Assembly: GCA_965215605.1 (NCBI GenBank)
Contig: OZ244070.1
Location: 2,656,001 to 2,720,000, forward strand
Origin: an uncultured Candidatus Binatia bacterium
GTDB lineage: Bacteria; Desulfobacterota; Binatia; UBA9968; JAJDTQ01
Direction: 5' to 3'
Length of the DNA stretch: 64,000 bases
The stretch's first letter is position 1; each line of letters starts with the position of its first letter. The notes beneath the pieces were generated by a model, which did no database searches, had not been told where the DNA came from, and was given only the letters and a program-made list of their open reading frames with translations. Both the position numbers and the translations under genes were made by a program. Of the stretch, positions 29,609 through 40,354 are shown in pieces.

Positions 29609-29626
29609 GTATTTTCTACGTTGAAT

Positions 29627-30100
29627 TCAGCGAGATTTCTTCTCGTAGCCCTCGTCACGGGCCAGCTCCGCCCCGCTCGCGGCCGCCACCGCGAGCTCGT
29701 CGCACCGCTCGTTCTCCGGGTCGCCCGCGTGGCCCTTGACCCAGCGGTATTCGACCTCGTGCCGGTCCGACAGGTCCAGCATCTCGGCCCAGAGATCGGG
29801 GTTCAGGGCCGGCGCCTTGTCGCTTCGCTTCCACCCCTTGGCGCGCCAGCGCTCGGCCCATCCCTTGGACATGGCATCGACGACGTACCGGGAGTCGCTG
29901 TAGAGCGTCACCCGGCACGGCTCCCTCAGGGAACGGAGCCCCGCCAGCACCGCCATGATCTCCATGCGGTTGTTGGTGGTCCTGCGGTAACCGCCGCTCA
30001 ACTCCTTGCGGGTCCCATTGTAGAGGAGCACGGCGCCGTAGCCTCCGGGGCCGGGGTTTCCGAGGCATGCTCCGTCGGTATAGATGGTGATGTGTTTCAT
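29627..30100 (-). CDS. rnhA: Ribonuclease HI
   Basis: [43 protein letters not shown]. Confidence 0.96.
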   Translation of the reverse strand: MKHITIYTDGACLGNPGPGGYGAVLLYNGTRKELSGGYRRTTNNRMEIMAVLAGLRSLREPCRVTLYSDSRYVVDAMSKGWAERWRAKGWKRSDKAPALNPDLWAEMLDLSDRHEVEYRWVKGHAGDPENERCDELAVAAASGAELARDEGYEKKSR

Positions 30101-30161
30101 GGCTCCTCGGCCAGGAGAGTATAGAAGTCACCAAGCTCATGCCGCAACACGCCGGTAACGC

Positions 30162-30190
30162 TTGACACGGAACCCCATGTCTTTTTTAAT
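30162..30190 (+). promoter_or_regulatory. Putative sigma70 promoter of the aldehyde dehydrogenase operon
   Basis: TTGACA-17 nt-TTTAAT. Confidence 0.55.
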
Positions 30191-30255
30191 CCGACACACG
30201 CTCAACGCCCGTGTTTTTCGCCAGAAGCCTGTTCGTGACGCACAAGGAGACGCGT

Positions 30256-31725
30256 ATGCAAACCGGTTCGTACATCAACGGAGAGTGGGTCCAGCCGAAC
30301 TCCGGGAGACAGGTACGCAACGTCAATCCGGCCGACACCCGCGACGTCATCGCCGAGTTCCCCATGGCCACCGCCGCGGACACGGAGCGGGCCATCGACG
30401 CGGCCGCGGAGGCGTTCCAGGGCTGGCGCAAGACGCCGGGGCCGGAGCGCGGCCGGGTGATCTGGCGCGCCGCGGACATCGCTCGGCGGCGCGTGGACGA
30501 GATCGCCGAGATGATGACGCGGGAAGAAGGGAAGATCTTCAAGGAGGCCCGGGGCGAGGTGCTCAAGGGGATCTCGCTCATGGAGTACAACGCCGGAGCG
30601 GGCTACCGGCTGGGCGGCAAGACCCTGCCGTCCGAAGCCCGGGACACCTTCACCTACACCATCCGCCAGCCCATGGGCGTGGTGGGGTTGATCGCGCCGT
30701 GGAACTTCCCTTGGGCGATACCGGTGTGGAAGTCGGCGCCGGCGCTGGTGGCAGGCAACGCCGTGTTGCTCAAGCCGGCGTCCCTGACCCCGTCCACGGC
30801 GGGCCTCCTGGCGGAGGTCTACGAGGAAGCCGGCATTCCCAAGGGCGTCTTCAACGTGGTGGTGGGCTCCGGGGGCGACGTGGGAGAGACCATCGTCAAC
30901 TCCCGGCGTATCCCGGTAGTGTCGTTCACCGGCTCCAACGAGATCGGCAGCGACCTGTACGTCAAGGCGGCCTCCCGCGGCGCCAAGGTGACCTGCGAGA
31001 TGGGCGGCAAGAACGCGGTCATCGTCATGCCCGACTGCGACCTCGACAAGGCCGCCGTGGCGATACGGGACGGGGCCTTCGGCTCCACCGGCCAGCGCTG
31101 CACAGCCACCTCCCGGGTCATTGCCATCGGTGACACCCGGGGCGAGTTGGTGGCCCGGCTGGAGGAACACGCCAGGAAGATCCGCGTCGGCCCGGGCCTT
31201 GACGCGGACGTGGACATGGGGCCGGCGGTGGACGAGGGTCAGTGGAAGACAGACCTGGAGTACATCGAGATCGGCAAGCAGGAGGGAGCCCGGCTGGTGA
31301 CGGGCGGCAACAAGCCCAAGGGGCTGGACCACGGCTTCTACGTGGAGCCCACGGTGTTCGACGATGTTACCCCCGACATGCGCATCTTCCGCGAGGAGAT
31401 CTTCGGCCCGGTGCTGTCGGTGGCGGCGGCCGCGGACCTGGATGAGGCCATCCGGTTCGCCAACTCCGTGGACTTCGGCCTTACCACCTCCATCTTCACC
31501 CAGGACGTGGACAAGGTCATGCGTTTCGTGGAGGAGGTGGAGACCGGCATGGTGCACGTCAACGAGCCCACCGTCGGCGGCGAGGCCCAGCTCCCCTTCG
31601 GCGGCATCAAGGCCACCGGGGTCGGAGAGCGGGAGATGTCCGAAGAAGGGGTCAATTTCTTCACCGAGCTCAAGACCGTCTTCATCAACTACTCCGGCCA
31701 ATCCGGCCGGCTGATGATCCGCTGA
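30256..31725 (+). CDS. NAD(P)+-dependent aldehyde dehydrogenase
   Basis: PWNFP, FTGS, EMGGKN, GQRCTA, EEIFGPV, PFGGIK; AAGGAG RBS before ATG 30256. Confidence 0.93.
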   Translation: MQTGSYINGEWVQPNSGRQVRNVNPADTRDVIAEFPMATAADTERAIDAAAEAFQGWRKTPGPERGRVIWRAADIARRRVDEIAEMMTREEGKIFKEARGEVLKGISLMEYNAGAGYRLGGKTLPSEARDTFTYTIRQPMGVVGLIAPWNFPWAIPVWKSAPALVAGNAVLLKPASLTPSTAGLLAEVYEEAGIPKGVFNVVVGSGGDVGETIVNSRRIPVVSFTGSNEIGSDLYVKAASRGAKVTCEMGGKNAVIVMPDCDLDKAAVAIRDGAFGSTGQRCTATSRVIAIGDTRGELVARLEEHARKIRVGPGLDADVDMGPAVDEGQWKTDLEYIEIGKQEGARLVTGGNKPKGLDHGFYVEPTVFDDVTPDMRIFREEIFGPVLSVAAAADLDEAIRFANSVDFGLTTSIFTQDVDKVMRFVEEVETGMVHVNEPTVGGEAQLPFGGIKATGVGEREMSEEGVNFFTELKTVFINYSGQSGRLMIR

Positions 31726-31765
31726 GGCGCGCGGCGCGCCTCGGATCCGTCAAGGGAGACCGATC

Positions 31766-32797
31766 ATGGAATGTGAACACGCTATCGTCGATGCCGACGG
31801 CCACGTGGTGGACCAGGACAAGGACCTGCGCCGCTACCTGCCGGCTCCCTGGAACGAGAAGGACTGGACCCGGGAGTATTATCTCTTCCCCCTCACCGAC
31901 GGCTGGATGCGCGGCATGTCGTCCCGCCACAAGGCCGAGGTGCCGGACGCGGCCAACTGGCTGAGCTTCCTGGACGAGTCGAAGATCGAGCAGACCGTCC
32001 TCTATCCCAGCAACGCGCTGTTCCACGGCCAGATCCGGAACAAGGGCTGGGCGGTGGCGGTGGCCCAAGCCTACAATGACTGGCTGTACGACTGTTTCGG
32101 GCGCCAGTCGGACCGGCTCAAGGGGGTGGCGCTGCTGCCGGTGCAGGACATCGACGCCGCGGTCGCGGAATTGCGCCGGTGCGTGGAGGAACTGGGCATG
32201 GTGGCGGGCGTGATCCCGTCGGTGATGGCGCCGCTGGTGGGCCTGGGCGGCAGCCGGTTCGACCCGATCTACGCGGAAGCCGAGCGGCTCGACTGCGCTC
32301 TGGCGGTGCACGGCGGCCCGGTGGCGGGCCTCGGCCTGGACATCTTCGAGAGCCTGGCCGAGGCGCGGCCCCTGGAGCACGCCATGCCGCAGATGGTGCA
32401 GATGATGAGCATGATCAACGCCGGCGTGTACGACCGCTTCCCCAACCTGCGCGTGGCCTATCTGGAGTGCGGCACGGGCTGGGTGCCGTTCATGATGGAC
32501 GCGCTGGACGAGAATTGGGAGCGTCGCGGCCACGCGCTGGCGGTGAAGCAGCGCCCCAGCGACATCATCCGCGGCGGCAACATCTTCTTCACGTGCGAGG
32601 TGGACGAACGGAGCCTGCCGTACGTGCTGGAACAGCTCGGCGGGGACCAGGTGCTGTGGGCCTCGGACTATCCCCACGAGCGGGCGCGCGCCGACTTCTT
32701 CCACGATCTGCCGGACTTCTTCGCCCGCGAGGACGTGAGCGCCGATGTGCGCAAGAAGATCCTGTGCGACAACCCGAAGCGCTACTATGGACTGTAA
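31766..32797 (+). CDS. Amidohydrolase_2 family metal-dependent hydrolase/decarboxylase
   Basis: DADGH, AYNDWL, RFPNLRVAYLECG.GW, WASDYPH. Confidence 0.88.
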   Translation: MECEHAIVDADGHVVDQDKDLRRYLPAPWNEKDWTREYYLFPLTDGWMRGMSSRHKAEVPDAANWLSFLDESKIEQTVLYPSNALFHGQIRNKGWAVAVAQAYNDWLYDCFGRQSDRLKGVALLPVQDIDAAVAELRRCVEELGMVAGVIPSVMAPLVGLGGSRFDPIYAEAERLDCALAVHGGPVAGLGLDIFESLAEARPLEHAMPQMVQMMSMINAGVYDRFPNLRVAYLECGTGWVPFMMDALDENWERRGHALAVKQRPSDIIRGGNIFFTCEVDERSLPYVLEQLGGDQVLWASDYPHERARADFFHDLPDFFAREDVSADVRKKILCDNPKRYYGL

Positions 32798-32863
32798 GGC
32801 ATTGGCGACGGATGCCCGCGGCCCGGGATACGGCCCCGCGGCACCCGTCGTCCATCGGACCCC

Positions 32864-34252
32864 ATGACGAAACCCTCGGAAACCGTTGATCTCGAAAGCG
32901 CGGCCGCCATGAGCCGCGCCGACCGGGACCATCTCGTCCACGGCTTCGTGCCGCTGTCGAAGCACCAGAAGGACGGGCTGCCGGTCTTCGTCCGGGCGGA
33001 AGGGGTCTATTTCTGGGACTCCCTGGGCAAACGCTACATCGACGGCCTCTCGACCCTCTGGAACGTCCACGTGGGGCACGGCCGGAAGGAGATCGCCCGG
33101 GCGGTGGCGGACCAGATGGACCGCCTGGCCTACGCGCCCACGCTCATCGGACCCACCTCGGAGCCCACCGTGCGGTTGGCGTCGAGGCTCGCCGGGATGG
33201 CGCCGGAAGGTTTGACCCGCGTGGTGTTCACCTCCGGGGGCTCGGAGACCAACGAGAGCATGATCCGGCTGGTGCGGGCCTACTGGAAGGCCAAGGGGCA
33301 GCCCCAACGGACGCGGTTCGTCACCCTGAACCAGGGCTATCACGGCTCCTCCAGCGGCGCCGCCATGCTGACCGGCATCCCGCTGTTCAACGAGCAGATG
33401 GCGCCGGGTCTCCCGAACGTGCACCACATGGCGCGGCCCCACTGTTACCGCTGCGAGCTGGGAAAGACCTGGCCGGGTTGTCAACTGGCCTGCGCCGATG
33501 AGTTGGAGAGGCTGGTGGAGCGGGAGGGTCCGGACGCCGTCGCGGCCTTCGTGGCCGAGCCCGTGCAGGGCGTGGGCGGCGTCATCGTGCCGCCCGAAGG
33601 GTGGCTCGCGAGGATTCGGGAGATCTGCGACCGGCATGGTATTCTGATGGTCTGCGACGAGGTGATCACCGGTTTCGGCCGCACCGGCAGCCTGTTCGCG
33701 TGCGCCGGCGAGGGCGTCACGCCGGACGTGCTGGTGACCGCCAAGGGCATCACCAGCGGCTATCTGCCGCTGGGCGCCATGCTGTTCCGGGAAGAGATCT
33801 TCCAGACGCTGCTGGCCAAGGCCGACGACGCGTTCTACCACGGCTACACCTACACCGGACATCCGGTGGTATGCGCCGCGGCGCTGGCCAACCTCGACAT
33901 CATCGAGCGGGAGCGCCTGGTGGAGCGGGCGGCGGAGTCGGGCGCGTACATGCAGGAGCGGCTGGCGGCGCTGTCGGAGCTGCCCATGGTGGGGCAGGTG
34001 CGCGGCCGGGGGCTCATCGCCGCGGTGGAGCTGGTGAAGGACAAGGAGACCCGGGAGTCCTTTGCAATGGAACGGCAGGTGCCCCGGCAGGTCTACGACG
34101 AGTGCCTCGCCAACGGCCTGTTGCTGCGGGTATGCGGAACCCACGCGCTGGCGGTATGTCCGCCGCTGGTGGTCACGAAAGAGCAGATCGACGACATCGT
34201 CGGAATCTTGCGGAACGCCGTCACCACGGTCGCAAAGGCCGTGCTGTCGTAA
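32864..34252 (+). CDS. Class III PLP-dependent aminotransferase (omega-amino acid type)
   Basis: SGGSE.NE, YHGS, EPVQG.GG, DEVITGFGRTG, AKGITSGYLP, HGYTY.GHP. Confidence 0.92.
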   Translation: MTKPSETVDLESAAAMSRADRDHLVHGFVPLSKHQKDGLPVFVRAEGVYFWDSLGKRYIDGLSTLWNVHVGHGRKEIARAVADQMDRLAYAPTLIGPTSEPTVRLASRLAGMAPEGLTRVVFTSGGSETNESMIRLVRAYWKAKGQPQRTRFVTLNQGYHGSSSGAAMLTGIPLFNEQMAPGLPNVHHMARPHCYRCELGKTWPGCQLACADELERLVEREGPDAVAAFVAEPVQGVGGVIVPPEGWLARIREICDRHGILMVCDEVITGFGRTGSLFACAGEGVTPDVLVTAKGITSGYLPLGAMLFREEIFQTLLAKADDAFYHGYTYTGHPVVCAAALANLDIIERERLVERAAESGAYMQERLAALSELPMVGQVRGRGLIAAVELVKDKETRESFAMERQVPRQVYDECLANGLLLRVCGTHALAVCPPLVVTKEQIDDIVGILRNAVTTVAKAVLS

Positions 34253-34310
34253 CCACGACAGCCGCATCCCGCCCGGTGTGCCGTCTCAAGAACTTGGCGA
34301 AGATGCACGC

Positions 34311-34333
34311 GTAGGGGCGACCGGCGGTCGCCC
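34311..34333 (+). repeat. GTAG-type REP-like palindrome
   Basis: GTAG followed by the hairpin GGGCGACC-GGC-GGTCGCCC. Confidence 0.65.
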
Positions 34334-34401
34334 GGGCCCGGGCGCCATGCCAGGAAACCGGCGAGGTTTGAGCCCGAAAAGATTTTAGGAGGTATCCGCC
34401 G

Positions 34402-34566
34402 ATGGTTGAATGTCCGGTATGCGGAGCGGAATTGGAACTTGAGGATGACGCGGTGGAAGGCGAGCTGATCGCCTGCGCCGATTGCGGCACCGAGTTGGAG
34501 GTCACGAGCCTGGATCCTCCGGCGGTGGAAGAGGCGCCCTCGGAAGAGGAAGACTGGGGGGAATGA
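34402..34566 (+). CDS. lysW: Amino-group carrier protein LysW (54 aa; absent from the ORF track)
   Basis: Manual translation [54 protein letters not shown]: two CxxC zinc-ribbon motifs, very acidic, C-terminal EDWGE; AGGAGG RBS. Confidence 0.97.
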   Translation: MVECPVCGAELELEDDAVEGELIACADCGTELEVTSLDPPAVEEAPSEEEDWGE

Positions 34567-35435
34567 GCTTGAAGATCGGTCTGCTGCACTCATTGGTCCG
34601 GCCCGAGGAGAAGCTCCTCATCAAGGAGTTCCGGAAGCATCCCGACGTGGAGCTTCAGATGATCGACGACCGGAAGCTCTCGTTCAACCTGGGCAGGGAC
34701 GAGTTCGACCTGGACGTGCTGCTGGAGCGCTGCATCAACCACTCACGGGCGCTGCACGGCCTGCGGCTGTTCGAGAGCGCCGGCGTGCGCTGCGTGAACG
34801 CGTCGTCGGTGGCGACGGTGTGCGGCGACAAGATCCTCACTTCGGTGCACCTGCAGGAGCACGGCGTGCCGCAGCCCGAGGTGCGCATCGCCTTCACCGA
34901 GGAGTCCACCCTGGGGGCCATCGAGGAGATGGGTTACCCGGTGGTGCTGAAGCCCGCGGTGGGCTCCTGGGGCCGGCTGCTGGCCAAGGTCAACGATCGG
35001 GACGCCGCGGAGACCATCCTCGAGCACAAGGCGATCCTGGGGAGCTACCACCACTCCATCTTCTACGTGCAGCAGTATGTCGAGAAGACCGGGCGCGACA
35101 TCCGGAGCTTCGTCATCGGCGACGAGTGCGTGGCCGCCATCTACCGCTACAGCGACCACTGGATCACCAACACGGCCCGTGGCGGGCGCGCGGAGAACTG
35201 CCCGGTGACGGACGAGCTGCGGGATCGTTCGGTCCGCGCGGCCCGCGCGGTGGGGGGCGGCATCGTCGCCGTGGACGTCTTCGAGACCCCGGACGGACTC
35301 CTCGTCAACGAAGTGAACTACACCATGGAGTTCCGGAACAGCATCGACACCACCGGGGTGAACATTCCCGGGCTTGTGGTCGAGCACGTGCTCAAGGCCG
35401 GCCGCGAGGAACAGGAGCGCAGGGGCGCGGCCTGA
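34563..35435 (+). CDS. lysX: LysW-alpha-aminoadipate (or glutamate) ligase, ATP-grasp RimK family
   Basis: ATG 34563 overlaps the lysW stop; [36 protein letters not shown]. Confidence 0.93.
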   Translation: MSLKIGLLHSLVRPEEKLLIKEFRKHPDVELQMIDDRKLSFNLGRDEFDLDVLLERCINHSRALHGLRLFESAGVRCVNASSVATVCGDKILTSVHLQEHGVPQPEVRIAFTEESTLGAIEEMGYPVVLKPAVGSWGRLLAKVNDRDAAETILEHKAILGSYHHSIFYVQQYVEKTGRDIRSFVIGDECVAAIYRYSDHWITNTARGGRAENCPVTDELRDRSVRAARAVGGGIVAVDVFETPDGLLVNEVNYTMEFRNSIDTTGVNIPGLVVEHVLKAGREEQERRGAA

Positions 35436-35489
35436 TGCGGCGGGCAGGGATCGCATGAGCGGCGCGGAGCGGAAAGCAATGGGGCGGCC

Positions 35490-36536
35490 GTGGCCGAGAG
35501 GCTGAAGGTCTCCATCGTCGGGGCGTCCGGCTACACCGGCGGCGAGCTCTTGCGCCTGCTCCTCGGGCACTCGGGGGTGGATGTCTGCGAGGTCACCTCG
35601 GAGCGCTTCGCCGGCAAGTTCGTGTTCAAGGCTCATCCCAACCTGCGCAAGCGGACGCAGCTCCGCTTCTGCAGGATGGAGGAGCTCAAGCCGTGCGACC
35701 TGCTGTTCCTGTGCCTGCCCCACGGCCAGGCCCAGGAGCGCATCGATTCGTTTCGCGAACTGGCCCCGAAGCTCATCGACCTAAGCGCGGACTTCCGGCT
35801 GAACGACGCGAACGCGTACCAACGCTGGTACGGCAAGCCGCACCAGCGCCCGGAGCTCTTGAAGGAGTTCGTCTACGGGGTTCCCGAGCTGCACCGCGAG
35901 GAGATTCGGGGGGCGAGCTTCATCACCGGCGCCGGCTGCAACGCCACCGCCACGATCCTTGGCGTCTATCCGTTCTTCAGGAAGGGGCTGGTGGACACCG
36001 AGCGCACCGTGGTGGAGGTCAAGGTGGGGTCCAGCGAGGGCGGCAACGCCGCCAGCGACGCCTCCCACCATCCCGAGCGGAGCGGCGCGGTGCGTTCGTT
36101 CATGCCCACCCTGCACCGGCACAGCGCGGAGATCTACCAGGAACTGGCGTTCGGCGAGCCGGTCCGGGTGTACTTCTCCGCCACCTCCATCGAAATGGTG
36201 CGCGGCGTCCTGGCCACCTGCCACCTTTTCCTGAAAGAACCGCTGGAAGAGAAGGACGTGTGGAAGATCTACCGCGAGGCCTACGGCAAGGAGCCCTTCA
36301 TCCGCATCGTCAAGGAGGCCGACGGCATCTACCGCTATCCGGAGCCCAAGCTGCTGAGCGGCACCAACTACTGCGACATCGGCTTCCAGAAGGAGAAGGG
36401 CTCGGACCGCTTGGTAGTGCTGAGCGCCCTCGACAACCTCATGAAAGGCGCTGCCGGCCAGGCGGTGCAGGCCTTCAACCTCATGAACGGCTTCGAGGAG
36501 ACCGAGGGCCTCGAGTTTCCGGGGCTCCACCCGTAG
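35490..36536 (+). CDS. lysY: LysW-aminoadipyl/glutamyl-phosphate reductase (ArgC family)
   Basis: GASGYTGGELLRLL, IDLSADFRL, GAGCNAT, HHPERSG, DNLMKGAAGQA. Confidence 0.92.
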   Translation: MAERLKVSIVGASGYTGGELLRLLLGHSGVDVCEVTSERFAGKFVFKAHPNLRKRTQLRFCRMEELKPCDLLFLCLPHGQAQERIDSFRELAPKLIDLSADFRLNDANAYQRWYGKPHQRPELLKEFVYGVPELHREEIRGASFITGAGCNATATILGVYPFFRKGLVDTERTVVEVKVGSSEGGNAASDASHHPERSGAVRSFMPTLHRHSAEIYQELAFGEPVRVYFSATSIEMVRGVLATCHLFLKEPLEEKDVWKIYREAYGKEPFIRIVKEADGIYRYPEPKLLSGTNYCDIGFQKEKGSDRLVVLSALDNLMKGAAGQAVQAFNLMNGFEETEGLEFPGLHP

Positions 36537-36548
36537 CCCCCGAGTGCC

Positions 36549-37187
36549 ATGTGCCGCCTCCTGTGCGTCAAGAATCGGGAACCGTTCGACATCGGCGAGC
36601 GGCTGTCGCATCTCGCCGATATCGCCCGGAACAGCCCGGAGTACCAGGGCCACGGCTGGGGCTGCGCCTACCTGGTGGACGGTGGGTGGCGGGTATATCG
36701 CAACATCAAGCCCGTCTGGGAGGACGACCTGGACCAGTTCGGCGCGACGACGCTGCTGGTGGGCCATGCCCGCAGCGCGTTCCGGGACGAGAACATCGTG
36801 GTGGAGAACAACATGCCGTTCTCCGACGACCGCTACGTGTTCGCGTTCAACGGCGAGCTGCGGGGCGTGCGCATCGCCGCGGAGGGCCGCATCGGGGCGG
36901 AGAAGGTGTTCAACTACATCAAGCGGTTCGACAAGGGGGACATGGCCGCGGCCATGCGAAAGGGGATGGACGTCATCGTCCGGAGGACGCGTTACGTCCG
37001 GGCCATGAACATGATCATCGCCGACAGGGAGAATGTCTACGTGGGGTCGTTCCACAACGAGGAGCCGGAGTACTTCAGGCTGCGCGCCCGTGAAGGCGAG
37101 GGCGGCTTCACGGTCAGCTCCGAGACCGTGGCCGAGGATCCGGCGTGGCGCACGATCCCCAACGACACGGTGGAGCACCTCCGATGA
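36549..37187 (+). CDS. Class II glutamine amidotransferase-like Ntn hydrolase (EgtC/YafJ/Dug3-like)
   Basis: N-terminal MCRLL (Cys2 nucleophile), GHGWG, GHARSA, NNMPF, FNG, SSE; stand-alone 212-aa domain. Confidence 0.82.
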   Translation: MCRLLCVKNREPFDIGERLSHLADIARNSPEYQGHGWGCAYLVDGGWRVYRNIKPVWEDDLDQFGATTLLVGHARSAFRDENIVVENNMPFSDDRYVFAFNGELRGVRIAAEGRIGAEKVFNYIKRFDKGDMAAAMRKGMDVIVRRTRYVRAMNMIIADRENVYVGSFHNEEPEYFRLRAREGEGGFTVSSETVAEDPAWRTIPNDTVEHLR

Positions 37188-37971
37188 TCCTGGTGAAGAT
37201 CGGCGGCGGCAGCGGCATCAACCTCCCCGGCATCGCCGGGGACCTGGCCGAGGTGTCGGCCCCGTTCATCGTGGTGCACGGCGCCAATGCGGTGCGGGAC
37301 GCCATCGCGGCGAAGCTCGGCAATCCCACGCAGGTGGTGACGTCGGTGTCGGGATACACCAGCGTGCTCTCCGACAAGGCGGCGCTGGACGCCATCCTGA
37401 TGGGCTACGCGGGGGTGCAGAACAAGCGCATCGTCGAGCTGCTGCAGCAGAACGGAGTCAACGCCGTGGGCCTTTCCGGCATCGACGGCCGCGCCATCCA
37501 GGGTCAGCGCAACAAGGGCATCCGGGTGCGGAAGAACGGCAAGACCCTGATTGTGAGGGACTTCTCGGGCAAGCCCCGGAGCGCCAACAAGGAATTGTTC
37601 CAGCTCCTGCTCGACGGCGGCTACGCGCCGGTGCTTTCCATCCCCATCATCGACGAGCGTCACACCGCCATCAACTCGGAGAACGACGACATCATCAACG
37701 TGCTCCAGGCCGCCTTCCACGCCGAGGTGGTGCTGCAGCTCATCGAGGCCCCCGGCTTTCTCGCCGACAAGGACGACGACAGCACGGTGGTGCCCGAGAT
37801 CCGCGCCGGCGAGCTGGAGCAGCGGGAGGCCCAGGTGGAGGGGCGCATGAAGCGCAAGATGCTGGCGCTTCGGAAGCTGTTCGAGGAAGGCGCGGAAAAG
37901 GTCATCATGAGCGACGGCCGTGTCGAGCATCCGGTCCGTGACGCCCTGGCGGGGAAAGGAACGGTGATTCA

Positions 37972-37975
<4 letters not shown>
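37184..37975 (+). CDS. lysZ: LysW-aminoadipate/glutamate kinase
   Basis: ATG 37184: MILVKIGG, VVHGAN, SVSGYTS, GLSGIDG, GRMKRK, GKGTVI. Confidence 0.9.
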
Positions 37976-39126
<1,151 letters not shown>

Positions 39127-39202
39127 GGTTCGCAGTACCGTGCCGCTCTGACATTCCGCGAGGTGCCCGAAACGCCATTTCTGCGGAATACCCGCTCCGG
39201 CC

Positions 39203-39224
39203 TTCCCGCGAAAGCGGGAATGAC
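39203..39224. repeat. GTCA-type REP-like hairpin; possible terminator between convergent lysJ and senB
   Basis: TTCCCGC-GAAA-GCGGGAA-TGAC. Confidence 0.55.
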
Positions 39225-39243
39225 GGAGGGGTTTGGGGCGTGA

Positions 39244-40212
39244 TCAACGCGTCACTTCACGGACCAACCCCTGCCAAGTCAGGATCTCCCGGTCCGGGTT
39301 CACCAGCGGGGCGACCTCGGCGCAGTGCCGTGCCAGGCTCTCATAGAACGCCGGGTCGTTCTCGGCCCGCAGCAGGAGCCGCTTGAGCCCGGCGGTGTCG
39401 CCCAGCTCGTAGTAGCCGGGATAGTCGTCGCCGAGGGTGCCCATCAGTCCGGAGATCCTGGACGCGGCCACGGGCACGCCGGAGGCCAGCGCTTCGCACA
39501 GCACGTTGGAGCTGCCTTCCATCTGCGAGGTGATGGACACGATGTGGCTGCGGGCCATGAACCGGCGGGTCTTCCAGTGCGGCCACTCGCCCAGCCACCG
39601 GTAGCGTGGGTTGCGCTCGGCCTCCCGCGCGGCGCGGCGCAGGAAGCTGTCGCCGAAGGCCGCGCCGATGTGCACCACCTGAATCCGGGATGTGCGTGGG
39701 AGGGAGCGCACCGCCATGGCCGTGCGGAACGGGTCCTTCTCGGGGCGCATGTGGCCCACCGCGGCGACCGTGAACTGCCTGCGGCGGTCGCCGGGGCGGC
39801 CGGGGCGGGCCGGCGCGGACTGGTAGATGACCCGGGTCTTCTCGTGCAGCGCCGGATCGAGTTCATCCAGACCCTTGCGCTGCAGCACCACCAGGCGGGC
39901 GGCCAGCCGCAGGGACTCCCGCGAGTCCTCGTCCTCATGGATGTCGCGGTAGAGGTCGGTTCCGGTCAGCACCACCACGATCGGCTTGTCGGGGTGCCGC
40001 TCATGGAACTGCCGGATGGACGGATGACTGCGGCGCGCGTGGAGGGCGATAAGCAGGTCGCAGCGCTCGCGTTCATAGCGGTCCAGGGCCGTTACCCGAT
40101 GTCCCGAGGCGCGCAGGATTCGAGCCCACCGGTTGCCTGAGATGCGGTTGCCCGTGCGGCGGGTGGGTCCGGCGGGGGTCACCAGGGCGATTCTGGCCGT
40201 TGTGGTGTCCAT
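39244..40212 (-). CDS. senB: Selenoneine biosynthesis selenosugar synthase (glycosyltransferase)
   Basis: VTPA....TGN.....RW...L, IALHARRS, VVLTGTDLY.DI, LVVLQ, IYQSA, GHMRPEKDP, SQMEG; directly downstream of an EgtB-family gene. Confidence 0.85.
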   Translation of the reverse strand: MDTTTARIALVTPAGPTRRTGNRISGNRWARILRASGHRVTALDRYERERCDLLIALHARRSHPSIRQFHERHPDKPIVVVLTGTDLYRDIHEDEDSRESLRLAARLVVLQRKGLDELDPALHEKTRVIYQSAPARPGRPGDRRRQFTVAAVGHMRPEKDPFRTAMAVRSLPRTSRIQVVHIGAAFGDSFLRRAAREAERNPRYRWLGEWPHWKTRRFMARSHIVSITSQMEGSSNVLCEALASGVPVAASRISGLMGTLGDDYPGYYELGDTAGLKRLLLRAENDPAFYESLARHCAEVAPLVNPDREILTWQGLVREVTR

Positions 40213-40239
40213 TTTTGGATATTCCGTGGGTCCAGCATG

Positions 40240-40339
40240 GCGTCCTTCGACTCCGCTACGTTTGCGCTCCGCTACGCTCAGGACGAACGGACAGTAACGC
40301 CAACCCGTTCGTCCTGAGCGTAGCGAAGTCGAAGGACGC
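40240..40339. repeat. Long inverted repeat (REP/MITE-like pair) between senA and senB
   Basis: GCGTCCTTCGACTCCGCTACG..CTCAGGACGAACGG (40240-40290) pairs with CCGTTCGTCCTGAGCGTAGCGAAGTCGAAGGACGC (40305-40339); internal CTCCGCTACG duplication. Confidence 0.85.
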
Positions 40340-40354
40340 GGTTCACCTTCCGCG

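Noticed and set aside
36549-37187. Calling the Ntn hydrolase egtC of an ergothioneine pathway
   Set aside because: It is embedded and coupled within the lys operon on the strand opposite senAB, no egtA/egtE is in the window, and the SenAB route needs no EgtC; this is not fully excluded
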